Source: a virus (Duplodnaviria > Caudoviricetes). Taken from it: a DNA stretch of 64,000 bases. The notes below the pieces were generated by a model. That model was not told the DNA's origin. It did not search any database and saw only the letters and a list, made by a program, of their open reading frames with translations. This document shows, one piece after another, positions 8,970 to 20,500 of the stretch (position 1 is the first letter of the stretch; each line of letters begins with the position of its first letter). The translations under genes and the position numbers were made by a program. Location: positions 1,718 to 65,717 of IMG/VR virus record IMGVR_UViG_3300027668_000016; one strand, given 5' to 3'.

Positions 8970-11294
8970 TTAAAAGTACATTAACCCTAAAATCTGGTTA
9001 AGCGAAGCAAAAGCGCCTGTAAGTTTGTAAGTGTCTCCTTTGAAAACAAATACTAAACCTTCATTTGGTACAATCTTTTCTTTACCACCTATTGCTGCTA
9101 ATCGTTCTAATTCCATTTTAAGTTTTTCAATTTTAGCAGGGTTTCCTGATTTCTTAACATCTTTAATCGTAACATCTAATCTCTTCTTCATATCCCTAAC
9201 TGCCTTATCAGGGTTAACTGTAAGTACTGAACTCATAAATGATAGAACTTCTGCACCAACACCTAAAAAGATATCTTCGAATTTTCTAGTGTTTTCTTTT
9301 GCTAACTTAGTATGGTCTTTTTTATCGATTTTCTTAGACCACTCTAATGTTTTAGAATCGGTAATGTTTTTCTTATCCAGTCTAAATGATTTATCGAAAA
9401 ATGCCCATCTCTTAACTAATCCCATTTTGGTTTTGTTATCTAATGTAGATGGTGAGTTTTTATCAACCCATTGTTCCCACCATGCTTGATGATAATCAGC
9501 TACACCATCAGAATCTTTTAGTTTAAATTCAGATTGAACTTTTTTAAGTTGAGAATCAAACTTAGATTGCATTTTGGATAGTTCTTGATTTTTAGGTAGT
9601 TGTGTTACTGGTGGTCCTTGTATTGTGTACTTATCAGTAACGTTTTTATTTATTTGTTTAATCATCCCAGCTAATATCTTAGCTGCATCTGTGTTTGCTC
9701 CAATTTGAATACCATCATCATTAAACTCACCTGTGTTGTGGAATACTAATAATGCTTGTCCGTAAGGAACTACATTTACTGATGTAGGCCATATAACTTC
9801 TAAGTTCATAAATGATGAACCTTGTTTAAATATCTTATCTCGTTGAGCTGATGATAGTGATTTTATTGCATCATTCAAATCTCTCATTGCGAAGTTGTAT
9901 GCATCGGTTAATCCACCACGTCCACCAAATTTAGATGCCATTGCACTTATATCTAATGCGTTTTCACCTTTGTTCTTTAAGTGTCCTTTGTTTCGTGCTG
10001 CGATTAAACCTTTATCATCTCTCCAACTAACTGCTAATGCTTGTCCATCTGTTTTTTCTCTAGCTAATTCTAACTTACCATTTAATGCACCTTTGATAAT
10101 TTGCTTTAAATCACCAAATGTTAAATTCATTTCAATATCAAATGGGTGATTCATATGTCCGTATGCCCCACCTTCGGTTATTAAAGATTCTTTTAATTCT
10201 TTAAACTTTTCGGATTCTACATCTGTTGTATTATTAGGTTCTGATACTTTATTTGGTTCGTTTTTAGAACTATCAACAGCTTTTTTAGCATCTAAGAAAT
10301 CTACTAAAGTATATCCAACCATTGTCGCTACTTTTGTAATATGGTTTACCCACATTTTGTATGCAGGATTACCTTTAAAATCATTATATCTGATTTGCCC
10401 ATTCAATCCTGCTTTACCTGATGGGAAGAATGATACTGGGAATTTATCTTCAATACCCCTAGCATCATCAGCATATATAGAATCTTCATCGGTATCTAAT
10501 ATATAATCAACTACTTGCCATCCTAATCTTCGTGCGGTTTCATCACCAATTGCTTTATATGATTTTGAGTTACCATAATATGCACCTGGCCCATCATCAA
10601 CACCTTGTGAGTTACCACCTATTGCAGTTGCAGTTGAATTTGATGCTTCAGATAATAGTTTATTAAAATCAAAAGTAGATAAGAAAGATTCCATTGTAGA
10701 TTCCACCTTAACCAATTTATCACTTACTAATTTAAATATTTTTGGGTCGAATTTACCATATGCTTTTTTGAAACCAGATTTTCGTTGGGTTTCTGAACCT
10801 TTTGCTAACCAATCACGAACATCAGTACCACTAATTGCATTAGATTGTGCTGGTGCTACATAAACATATCCCTTTTCTTTATACCCTTGTTGAACTTTAT
10901 CAGGATGGTATGGTTCGAAGTATTTACCTTTTAATCTGTATCTATCCTTTTCACCCACAACACTTATAAGTGCGGTTGTATCTTCTGGAAACTTACCAAT
11001 GATTTCAGATGGGGCGTATGGGTTTTTAATTTGAATGATTTTATTCGATGAGATTCCAAACATCTTCATCATTATAGTTTTCTTTTCATTAAACTTAAAT
11101 GGTGATTTAATATTATCAGTTTTATTAGATGTACCAATATAAACATTATCTTTACCAAAATGCTTTACCAAATTCATATAAGTAGCATAATGCCCTTTAT
11201 GGAATGGTTGGAATCTTCCAGAGTAAACTACAACTTTCTTATCTATATTTTCTGTTAAGACTTCCTTAACCCAATTTTTCATTAAATTTCCCAT
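8970..11294 (-). CDS. HxGH nucleotidyltransferase fused to a ligase-fold (KxDG) nucleotidyltransferase domain
   Basis: N-terminal GRFQPFHKGH, GEKDR and ISGTDVR; C-terminal EKTDG, NEGLVF and YKLTG. Confidence 0.75.
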   Translation of the reverse strand: MGNLMKNWVKEVLTENIDKKVVVYSGRFQPFHKGHYATYMNLVKHFGKDNVYIGTSNKTDNIKSPFKFNEKKTIMMKMFGISSNKIIQIKNPYAPSEIIGKFPEDTTALISVVGEKDRYRLKGKYFEPYHPDKVQQGYKEKGYVYVAPAQSNAISGTDVRDWLAKGSETQRKSGFKKAYGKFDPKIFKLVSDKLVKVESTMESFLSTFDFNKLLSEASNSTATAIGGNSQGVDDGPGAYYGNSKSYKAIGDETARRLGWQVVDYILDTDEDSIYADDARGIEDKFPVSFFPSGKAGLNGQIRYNDFKGNPAYKMWVNHITKVATMVGYTLVDFLDAKKAVDSSKNEPNKVSEPNNTTDVESEKFKELKESLITEGGAYGHMNHPFDIEMNLTFGDLKQIIKGALNGKLELAREKTDGQALAVSWRDDKGLIAARNKGHLKNKGENALDISAMASKFGGRGGLTDAYNFAMRDLNDAIKSLSSAQRDKIFKQGSSFMNLEVIWPTSVNVVPYGQALLVFHNTGEFNDDGIQIGANTDAAKILAGMIKQINKNVTDKYTIQGPPVTQLPKNQELSKMQSKFDSQLKKVQSEFKLKDSDGVADYHQAWWEQWVDKNSPSTLDNKTKMGLVKRWAFFDKSFRLDKKNITDSKTLEWSKKIDKKDHTKLAKENTRKFEDIFLGVGAEVLSFMSSVLTVNPDKAVRDMKKRLDVTIKDVKKSGNPAKIEKLKMELERLAAIGGKEKIVPNEGLVFVFKGDTYKLTGAFASLNQILGLMYF

Positions 11295-11309
11295 ATCAAT
11301 AAATATCCT

Positions 11310-14300
11310 TTAATTAACTGAACCACTTTCTAAAGTTTCAATTCTGGTTTGTAGTTTGTTTATTATGTTACTTTGTTCTTGCACTGCCTTTATTAGAGGT
11401 GATATAAATTCACTATATCTCAGCGATAAATAGTTACCATCAGTATCATATCCACCAAAGTTATGAACATCAAATTCAGCGAGTGATTGTGATACTTCCT
11501 GTGCAATTAACCCATAATGTGTTTTATCATCACTCATATTGTATTTTACAGGTTTAAGTGAATCTATAAAACTCAATCCTAAATCTGATATTTCAATATT
11601 TGATTTTAATCTTCTATCAGAAAGTGTTGATACTGCATCTTTTAAATATGCAGTCTTCCATCTCTGTGTAGGTGTACCTAATGTATAACTAGCAGTAGGG
11701 GCGCCGGATGGGTCTGTTGCTGAATTAAAAATTGATGATGTTACTATTGGTGCAAAGTTACCTTTATGTGCAGTAGTTTCTTTACCATCCCATGTAAGGT
11801 ATGTATCTTTAAAGTGAATTGTTTGTGTATCGATTGATGCAATTCTAACAGGCTCTACCAATCTCATTTCGGTAAGTGCGAATCCCAATGGTTTATATTG
11901 GAGTGGGTGAAGTGTGGTGTCTGGCACATTACCCAACGAACCACTATATCTCATACTTAATTTTACTTTGAAAACTTCTTCTATAGATGATGATACGGTA
12001 GGTGTTGCATTTATTGATAATATATCCGTAAGTGGAATATCAAATACTACCCAATTTTTATGAGTTGCGTTTTCATCTTGATATGTTTTTGTAAAGAATG
12101 TTTTTGAACCCGATATTATATCTACTTGATATGTTGGATTAAATCCGGTGAATCCCATTGGGTATGGGTGTGTTGTTCCCCTAACACCAAATTGTAAATG
12201 TGAGTTTTTAACTCCACCATCTAAATTCAATGATTGTGAAATATTAATAAGTTCGGATGTGATAGTACTGTTTATAGATTGGGATATATCACTTCCTGTA
12301 ATATCATTAAATATTAACTGCGTTCCTATTGAACCAATTGATAGAGATGCTGATGCAGCTGCTACATCTAATACGTTTTCAGAATTTACATATTTGTAAT
12401 CATTACCAACACCACTTATATTATACCAACTTTTAAATTCAGCTGGATAACCTACTCCATCATGTGATGAGCCTGTTACTAAAAATTGTTTTTGTAATGC
12501 AATTGGGCCTCCTACAATCCAACTACCATGCGAACCAATTAGTGTATTTGATGCGTTTCCACCACTTTCACTAAACTTAGTATCGGATGGTGATTTTGAC
12601 CATGCTTCTAGAAACGGTAATTGATATCTAACACCAACTGCGTTATTGTTAATTACGCCGGTTTCTACAATTTTACCACCTAAGTAAGTATCTTGCATAA
12701 ACCCACTACTAGCTCTTATATCACCTTTTACTGTTAAATTCTTATTACTTAGGTCAAATAATGATGATGATATACTAAATTCAGTTTCGTTACCAATTAT
12801 CTTACCATTCGGATTTGAAAATTCAAATTTGTTTGCGTTTATATTTAATGCAGAGCCTGATATAACACCTCCTGAAAAGTTTACGTTAGAACCCGTTATA
12901 TCTCCATTATCATCTAAGATGAAATTTGATGATGATATAATACCACTACCACTAATACTAAATGTTACTTTTTCAACAAATGAACCTGATAGCGAACCAA
13001 CTGATACTATTGAACTGGGTCCGGCATTAAATGTTAATAATTGTTCGTATTCAGCAGCATGAGGTATAGCTTTGAATTCAGCATCGTAAAATACATCGGA
13101 TACAATGCTTTCATAAATATCACCTGAGCCTGTTAAATCTGCATATTCAGCTGCGGTTAAATCGGTTAGAACTCTAGTCGCATCTATTCTAGATGTTATA
13201 TTTACAGCTCGGCCTAATGCATCTATAACTTGATTATTAAACGAACCATTGATTGAATTTGGTTGGAACGAACCACTTTCAGCAATCTCCAATGGCCAGA
13301 GTGAATCGTATAATTTTACTTCTGATGATACTGTGTTTTTCTTTAATGTCGCATTATGATAAAATTTTAGTGGAAGTCCTGCAATTGATTCTCCTTCTGG
13401 GTCTGCAGTTATTGGTCCAGCTCCAGCTTCAATAGCGTTATTACCGTAGCTATATTGGTTTGGTTCATCGTTATTATTAATTAACATTTCAGCCCAGCTA
13501 ATTCCGTTAAACACAGAGTTTCCCAGTTTTGAATTCCCAGTATTATTACTAAACGTATCAATTATAGCTGCGGCTGCAGGATTAATAAAGAATCCTGGAA
13601 ATAAAGATGCCATATAATGTTCACCTCTATTGTAGTTTATATTTTTAGATGCATTTGTTGAACCACCACCATCTTGAATAATACTTCTAAATTCTATCGG
13701 ATTCGGATTGATAGTTAACACTTCTGCACGTGATGCTGTAATGACTTGGCTATCTTCTAGTAATGCATCAAAAAAGCTCCCCCTGGTCATATTGTTGTAT
13801 AATTCTTCGGATGAAAACCCACTCGAATCTTTGATTACTGGAGCAAAACAAAACATAGAGCCTGATAAAATATCATATTCAGCTGGAGTAAGTATTTGGG
13901 CTGTACCTGATGTTTTAGGGGCAAAGAATCCACTTTGATAATCAACCCCATTATCTGCCATTGAGGATGATAAGAAGAATGTGTGAGTGACATTACCTTC
14001 TTCAATCGCTTGAGTTGCACTAGCTACCCATATAAATCTATTTCCTGCAGCTACTCCACTAGAGCCAGTCCAAAATTGATTTATAAAATCTATATGAGGT
14101 TGGTCGGTATTTATTTTTGAGGCGAATCCGTTGGCGTATCCACCAGCAATTCCAGCTCCTTGGTTGTTTAATTCAGAAATGAAAGTGAATCGGCCTGGGT
14201 TAGTACCATTGTTAATATTTTCCTGAGAACCTTGAATTGAACCACCATTTGCACTCACATCGGCCGAACCCGATTTTCTCGTTGTAAAAAATGAGCCGGT

Positions 14301-17300
14301 TTTTAATTTAGCTAATAATTCTAAATCAGGTTCAACATGTAATTCTAAATTTTCCTGTATGGCAGAATTAAAGTTAATTCTATCATCAATAGGAATAGAA
14401 AAGAGCTCAGGGGAAAATGGGTTATTTGAGGAAGTATCGAGATTAAATTTCGGGTATTCATCACCTGAACTCACTGCAGCTGCGTTGAATGCAAATGCGT
14501 ATAACCCTCTAAAATTTTGTAGAATGTTATCAGTTCCTGCTTCAGCCATATATTTCTGTTCGTCTATATACCGCTGGTCCTGACTGTAGAATCCACCTGT
14601 TATTGCACCATATGATGCGGATGGAAATAATCTAGTAAATGATTCACTTACAAAAGTTGCCTTACCACTATTGAATGTATCCGAACCACTATAGTTTATT
14701 TGATATGTTCCGTTTACAGCATGTGAGCCTGTGCGTAAATGAAGTATACTGTTACTTTCTCTACTTAAAATTCCAACAACACTTGCAGTTGGAAGGCTGT
14801 TTATACTTATAGTTGCTCTACTATCAACTTCCAATGGGATTGCGGTGATTGCTTCTCCACTAATAGAATTTAAACTAGCAGTTACTCCGTTAATAGGTTC
14901 AAATTCTTCTGCCAATCTAAGTGCATCAAATCTAGATGATGTAATTAAGAATGATGCGATTTTACCCGATTCGGCTGTTATGTGTCCTGATGAACTTAGG
15001 ATTAATAATCCATTAGATGAACTAACGGTTGTTGCGTTTATACCAAAACCACCGATTGTACCAAATGTTGCTTTAATACCACCTTGTAGGTATACGTTGT
15101 TTGTTGCTAATCCATAGCCTGGTGCTGAACTACCAAATACAAAATCAGTATTTGCTAATCCACTCAAATCACCTAATCTAGCAGCGAGTGCTACATCATA
15201 TAAACCAGAACCCGTTCGTTCAACGATATCCATAAATGGAGTAGCAGTATCAGATGGATTTGCGTTTAATTTAATATAACCAGTTCCGATTTTACCTGTT
15301 GATACTACAACCTGTCCATCTTCATATGATTGTGATATACTTCCGATATCACCTACATAATCACCAGATGAACCACTACCATACCCTCTAGTTACATATA
15401 ACCTACCATAATTTTCATCTTCATTACTTTGGTTACCCTCAAGAGATGATGAGTTAACTAATATATATTCTGTCTGAAATCCAGTATTATCAACTTTCTT
15501 AGCTAATAGTATTTCACCACTTACAAATCCTTTTATGTTCTTAACAGACATCGTTGCATCAGTTGCTAAGATTGAGCCTGTAAGTGTTGATGAGTTAGCA
15601 ATCCATAATTGACCACCAACTGCATTAACTGATTCTTTTTCGAATGTAGTGGTTCTCATCGTACCTCTAATACGAACATTTTCAAATTCTGCAGTTCCGT
15701 TTCCTTCAGATGAAATCTTCCACCCCTTTAATCCACTTGCAAAATCTTTTGTTTGTAAGATACCTTCTGGTTTCATTAAAAGGTTTCCACCTTCAATAGA
15801 TGCAGTAGTTATATCCCAACCACCAATACTAGCCGATGTGAATTTAGCGAACCCAGTTGAAGTGATTGATGAACTTGCGTTTAGTATAGTTGATTGTACA
15901 CCACCAATTGTTGCTGGTGTAAATATTTCATTTGCAGAGAGTGCTGCGTTTATTACTGTACCTGCTCCAATTATTAATGAATTGTTTTTTGGGTCTAAGT
16001 GAAATAAAGATGAGCTGATTTCAATGTTTGAATCAGAACCACTAATGAATTGAGTATTATTTGTACCAATAAAGAATTTATCAGTTTTAACATCTAATAA
16101 CCCACCATCATGTGTTGTGAATATAAAGTGTCTATCATCATTATCACCAATCATCTGCATACCAACACCATGTAAGGTATCTGCTCCGATTTCCATATTA
16201 CCAGAACCACTATAGATTATAAATCCACCAGGACCTTTTCCTAATGATGCAGATGTTTGTCCATCAAATCCTACAGAACGTATAAATCCAGATGATACCC
16301 CACCCATTTCAATTCCAGTACCAAGTGCATTGGAAATAAACATTGAACCACTTATAAGGTTTTTGCTCCCACCAATATATGAGTTACCACCTGCGAATGA
16401 GAATGGTGATAGAGTAGTTTCAGTTCTTGATATTTCACCTAATGCGTTTAAATATTGAAATTTTAATAGTTTAGGGTCGTTTAAGTGTTCAGATGGGATT
16501 GGTACTTTAATTGCTACCGATGCACTAAATGGTACTGTTACTTCGTTTAGTAATTCGAACTCACCTGGTAACCCATCTGATTTAATTAATACTTTTATTT
16601 TATCAACTACACCCACAATTGGGTCTAATCCACTAAATGTAACATTTGCAAATGAACGTTGATTTTCAGTATTAGTTCTTAATGCGTTTTGGAAATATGA
16701 TACAGAGTAATTAGCTGAATCGATTAAGTTAAATGTATGTATTAATTCATCTCTATCTGTAAACGTAGTTGTGAACGGTGTATCTAAGATAACCGTATTT
16801 GTATCTATTATAGATTTAATTGATGAAGTATATGATGTTATATTTAATGGGCTATCATATTTAGATATCGGATGTGCTGGCGTTACAAATGTATCTAAGA
16901 ATATATTACTACCAACCATTTCTGCAACGAACTCACCATCGGTAGTTTTAATTATTGGAGTTTTACCTCTAAATAAATAATTTGCACCATTTCCAGTTAT
17001 GGTTGTTAATTCTAACTCAGTACCAGATGTTGGTGAATTTTTGTAAACTTCAATACTTTCTGATAATGATGTAGTTGGTAGTACTGTTGAGTTAAATATT
17101 ACGGATGATATGTTATTTCGATTTCTATCAACATTTACAGTTGTAGACCATTTAACATTATACTTACCTTCATACTTAGCAGGTACTGGTTCATTACGAC
17201 CAGGTCTTACATCCCGCTTTGCAATTCCATATATTGATATTTCAGCATCACCATTGGATGTGTTAAAATCATCTTTATCGTGATAAATCCAAATAGATAT

Positions 17301-17567
17301 TACCCTACTCTTATCTGCTTCTAAGTACTCAGGAATTTCAAAATATATCGGGTCCCCATTTGAATCTTTTATATCTACTATTATTTGAGATTCTTCTAGT
17401 AAATTAGATGGGTGGGCTGATATTCTTAATAGGTTCTTTCCCTTACATAATATCGATGGTACATCGGATACCCTAAAGTAGTTAATTGACAATGGGGTAG
17501 TATCCTCAATTAGTATATCTAAGTTATTATAATTTTTAGGTGTAAACTTTTTAAATGGTAATGACAT
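11310..17567 (-). CDS. Long tail fibre with C-terminal intramolecular chaperone (peptidase S74)
   Basis: G/S-rich beta repeats (ASIGGWDI, GTIGGFGI); C-terminal SDRRLKSNI...GLIAQEV...LRYSEFISPLIKAVQE followed by a coiled coil. Confidence 0.88.
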   Translation of the reverse strand: MSLPFKKFTPKNYNNLDILIEDTTPLSINYFRVSDVPSILCKGKNLLRISAHPSNLLEESQIIVDIKDSNGDPIYFEIPEYLEADKSRVISIWIYHDKDDFNTSNGDAEISIYGIAKRDVRPGRNEPVPAKYEGKYNVKWSTTVNVDRNRNNISSVIFNSTVLPTTSLSESIEVYKNSPTSGTELELTTITGNGANYLFRGKTPIIKTTDGEFVAEMVGSNIFLDTFVTPAHPISKYDSPLNITSYTSSIKSIIDTNTVILDTPFTTTFTDRDELIHTFNLIDSANYSVSYFQNALRTNTENQRSFANVTFSGLDPIVGVVDKIKVLIKSDGLPGEFELLNEVTVPFSASVAIKVPIPSEHLNDPKLLKFQYLNALGEISRTETTLSPFSFAGGNSYIGGSKNLISGSMFISNALGTGIEMGGVSSGFIRSVGFDGQTSASLGKGPGGFIIYSGSGNMEIGADTLHGVGMQMIGDNDDRHFIFTTHDGGLLDVKTDKFFIGTNNTQFISGSDSNIEISSSLFHLDPKNNSLIIGAGTVINAALSANEIFTPATIGGVQSTILNASSSITSTGFAKFTSASIGGWDITTASIEGGNLLMKPEGILQTKDFASGLKGWKISSEGNGTAEFENVRIRGTMRTTTFEKESVNAVGGQLWIANSSTLTGSILATDATMSVKNIKGFVSGEILLAKKVDNTGFQTEYILVNSSSLEGNQSNEDENYGRLYVTRGYGSGSSGDYVGDIGSISQSYEDGQVVVSTGKIGTGYIKLNANPSDTATPFMDIVERTGSGLYDVALAARLGDLSGLANTDFVFGSSAPGYGLATNNVYLQGGIKATFGTIGGFGINATTVSSSNGLLILSSSGHITAESGKIASFLITSSRFDALRLAEEFEPINGVTASLNSISGEAITAIPLEVDSRATISINSLPTASVVGILSRESNSILHLRTGSHAVNGTYQINYSGSDTFNSGKATFVSESFTRLFPSASYGAITGGFYSQDQRYIDEQKYMAEAGTDNILQNFRGLYAFAFNAAAVSSGDEYPKFNLDTSSNNPFSPELFSIPIDDRINFNSAIQENLELHVEPDLELLAKLKTGSFFTTRKSGSADVSANGGSIQGSQENINNGTNPGRFTFISELNNQGAGIAGGYANGFASKINTDQPHIDFINQFWTGSSGVAAGNRFIWVASATQAIEEGNVTHTFFLSSSMADNGVDYQSGFFAPKTSGTAQILTPAEYDILSGSMFCFAPVIKDSSGFSSEELYNNMTRGSFFDALLEDSQVITASRAEVLTINPNPIEFRSIIQDGGGSTNASKNINYNRGEHYMASLFPGFFINPAAAAIIDTFSNNTGNSKLGNSVFNGISWAEMLINNNDEPNQYSYGNNAIEAGAGPITADPEGESIAGLPLKFYHNATLKKNTVSSEVKLYDSLWPLEIAESGSFQPNSINGSFNNQVIDALGRAVNITSRIDATRVLTDLTAAEYADLTGSGDIYESIVSDVFYDAEFKAIPHAAEYEQLLTFNAGPSSIVSVGSLSGSFVEKVTFSISGSGIISSSNFILDDNGDITGSNVNFSGGVISGSALNINANKFEFSNPNGKIIGNETEFSISSSLFDLSNKNLTVKGDIRASSGFMQDTYLGGKIVETGVINNNAVGVRYQLPFLEAWSKSPSDTKFSESGGNASNTLIGSHGSWIVGGPIALQKQFLVTGSSHDGVGYPAEFKSWYNISGVGNDYKYVNSENVLDVAAASASLSIGSIGTQLIFNDITGSDISQSINSTITSELINISQSLNLDGGVKNSHLQFGVRGTTHPYPMGFTGFNPTYQVDIISGSKTFFTKTYQDENATHKNWVVFDIPLTDILSINATPTVSSSIEEVFKVKLSMRYSGSLGNVPDTTLHPLQYKPLGFALTEMRLVEPVRIASIDTQTIHFKDTYLTWDGKETTAHKGNFAPIVTSSIFNSATDPSGAPTASYTLGTPTQRWKTAYLKDAVSTLSDRRLKSNIEISDLGLSFIDSLKPVKYNMSDDKTHYGLIAQEVSQSLAEFDVHNFGGYDTDGNYLSLRYSEFISPLIKAVQEQSNIINKLQTRIETLESGSVN

Positions 17568-17589
17568 TCACGCTCCGTTGTTTTCTTTG

Positions 17590-20500
17590 TTATAAATATC
17601 TAATAGATGAAAATCCATCAACTTTGGATATATCTATAATTTGGTCTACCATATCTCGCGTTTTATCAATGTGAGATATTGTTACTAAAAAATCAAATTG
17701 ACTCTTTAGGTAATCAAATAATAAATATAGAGAGTTGAAGTTATCACTATCTAATGAACCGAACCCCTCATCAATTGCAATGAAGTTTGGTCGTGGTAAG
17801 TTTGAAACATTGATAAGGGCTGTTCGGATTGCTACCGATGATATAAACTTCTCCATACCACTTGTCAGTTCTAATGGCCAGAATTCTTCAGAAGCATATG
17901 CAATGTATGAATTAATGTTTTTACCATCAGTATTAAGTAGTATCTGAAAATCTACAATAGGTTGTAATATATTATTAATTTCAACTTCTAACTTAGGTAA
18001 TACATCTGATATTAACTCATACGGTATCCCATCTCTCTTAACGCATTTAAGGTAATACTCATACCCCTCATACTTACGTTCCATATAATCTAATTTATTA
18101 ATAGAATCATTAACAGTTTCAATTGTGTTCTTTGCAATACGAATATTACCACTAATATCAATTAACTCATCATTTGTTTCATCAATAAGATTATCGATTT
18201 GCTTTAGATGTCGTTTCATACTATCGATTTCTAATTGTATTTTAGAGTTGTACTCCACCGATTCTTTTTGTTCAGTTGATTTTTGAATATCAGCATTAAC
18301 TGTACCAATTCTAGTCTGAAGTTCGGTTAGTTCTAAGTTACATGATTTTGATTCTAACTCTAACTTATCAATTTTATTTTCATAATCATCAATTGATATC
18401 TGTAAGTTATTAACTTTAGATAATATATCAGAAACATCAAACTTTGCTTTATTTATACAAGCTTCATCAAATTCAAGCTGTTTTGTTTTTTTGTGTTTTA
18501 ATAAATCTTTTATTTCAATTTCTAAAGATTGTGCTTGTTTTGCAAATGGTGTGTTTTTGTTTGCAATACAATGTTCACAATTATCATCAAATGAAAGTGA
18601 ACCAATACCATCTAAATGCTTTTGTTTATGTAGTATCTCAGTATTTGTTGTATCCAAATCTTCTTGAAGATAATCTTTTATTTTAGTAAATTTTTCAAAA
18701 TTAACATACTTTAATTTTAAATCAATTAAATCGTATGATTCAAATTCAGATTCAATTTTTGATAATTTATCTAACATTAATACTAATGAATCGGTGTAAC
18801 CTGTACACTCATTTGATTTTGATTTAAGATTACTACCAAGTGATTTGTTAAGAGTATGTAGTTTATCAATATTAATTATTGTAGAATCTACTGAGATTAA
18901 CTTTAGAATTAATAGTTCGATTTGTGATGTTACCTTTACTTTTGATTCACGATGCGTATCTAATGTGGATTGAACCTCCGATAGTACAGATTCATTTTCT
19001 ACTAAACTATCTTTAGCTTCTGATAATTTCTCTGTAAAGTTTTGGTTTTTATAATCTTTAAGTAAAGCACTTAATTCTTTGATTTCTTCGTTTGCAACAA
19101 AGTATAGTTCCTCAAATACATCCATATCTAAGAATTGAGCAAGAAGTTCTTTTCTCTCTTTTTGCGTTTTCTCAATGAACCCACTATTATTAGATTGGTT
19201 TGACATTGCAGTTAATGTAAAATCCTCATACGAACCCACATACTGCCTAATCATTGAATTTGTATCTCTACGTTCTTCACCATTTAATGATTCATTAGAA
19301 CCATCCTCATTGATTCTGAAAAAGTTAACATCAACCTTCACAGTACCACGCTTTGGTGATTTCGTAGCAATACGTTCAATAAAATAATCTACTCCGTTAA
19401 TTTCGAAGTTAAACTTACATTCAAATGAATTCTTTGAATAATTTAAAACATCAAGTGCTTTAGTAGTTCTAGAGCATTTATCAAATATACAAAATGAAAG
19501 TGCATCCCATAGAGATGATTTACCACTAGCGTTTGGTGCAAAGATACCATATGTACCTTTCATCTGACTGAAATCAATTGTGTTATTACTAGCATATGAA
19601 AACATATTAGAAAACTCAAATGTTTTTGGCTTCCATATAATATTCTTCATTCCTACTGCTGGACTTAACTTGGAGTTTATATCGTTGTTTATATTTCGGA
19701 TAACCTCTAAGTGTTCATCACTAACAACAAATCTATCTGATAGGAAATCTTCAATAAGTTTATTTTGAAATCCAACATCTCTTACATTTTGTAAGATTAC
19801 AGATGTACTTCCAGTAGAATCTTTTGTATCAGTTATTACCTTTTGGATTGCAACTTCTTGCACTTTTCGACCTACTCTAATATCAGCTAATATAGTCTTT
19901 AAATCAGATTGGGTTGTATCCTTCACTCTAACCCTCATTCTAGGCTTATTTGGTATGATTGGGTTACCAACTATTTTACCACCATCTACATCCACCGTAA
20001 CGTACCCATAATCGTTATGGATTGGAACGAATTCAGATTCTTTAGTAGAAACATCCCAAACTAATATACCATGCTCTGGATATTTAGCTTCCCCATGATT
20101 CTGCATAATAGTTGAACCACAATACTTAATAGTACCTTCTGAATTTAATGATTGGTTTGGAACGTGAATATCTCCTAATAGAACCAAATCGTAACCATCA
20201 AATGATTCAACGTTTACGTTTTTATTCTCAATTTGGAATCCATGCTCAGTTTCAACCCTATCAACAGGCCCATGATATAATGCGATTTTGTAATCACCAT
20301 TAACTTCATCCGATGGAATTATTTCTTTTGATTCACCAAAGACTGATGAATGTGAGAATGTTAACCCACCCATGCTCCAAACACCGTCATCCTTTAGATA
20401 ATGTAAATTGGAATGATTTAGTGCATTAACAATTGGAGATAGTGCATCTAACCTCGATGGGTTATTTAAGTTTGCATCGTGATTTCCTGGTATTAATACC

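Noticed and set aside
11310-17567. Diversity-generating retroelement acting on the tail fibre
   Set aside because: No reverse transcriptase and no template/variable repeat pair were seen in this window.
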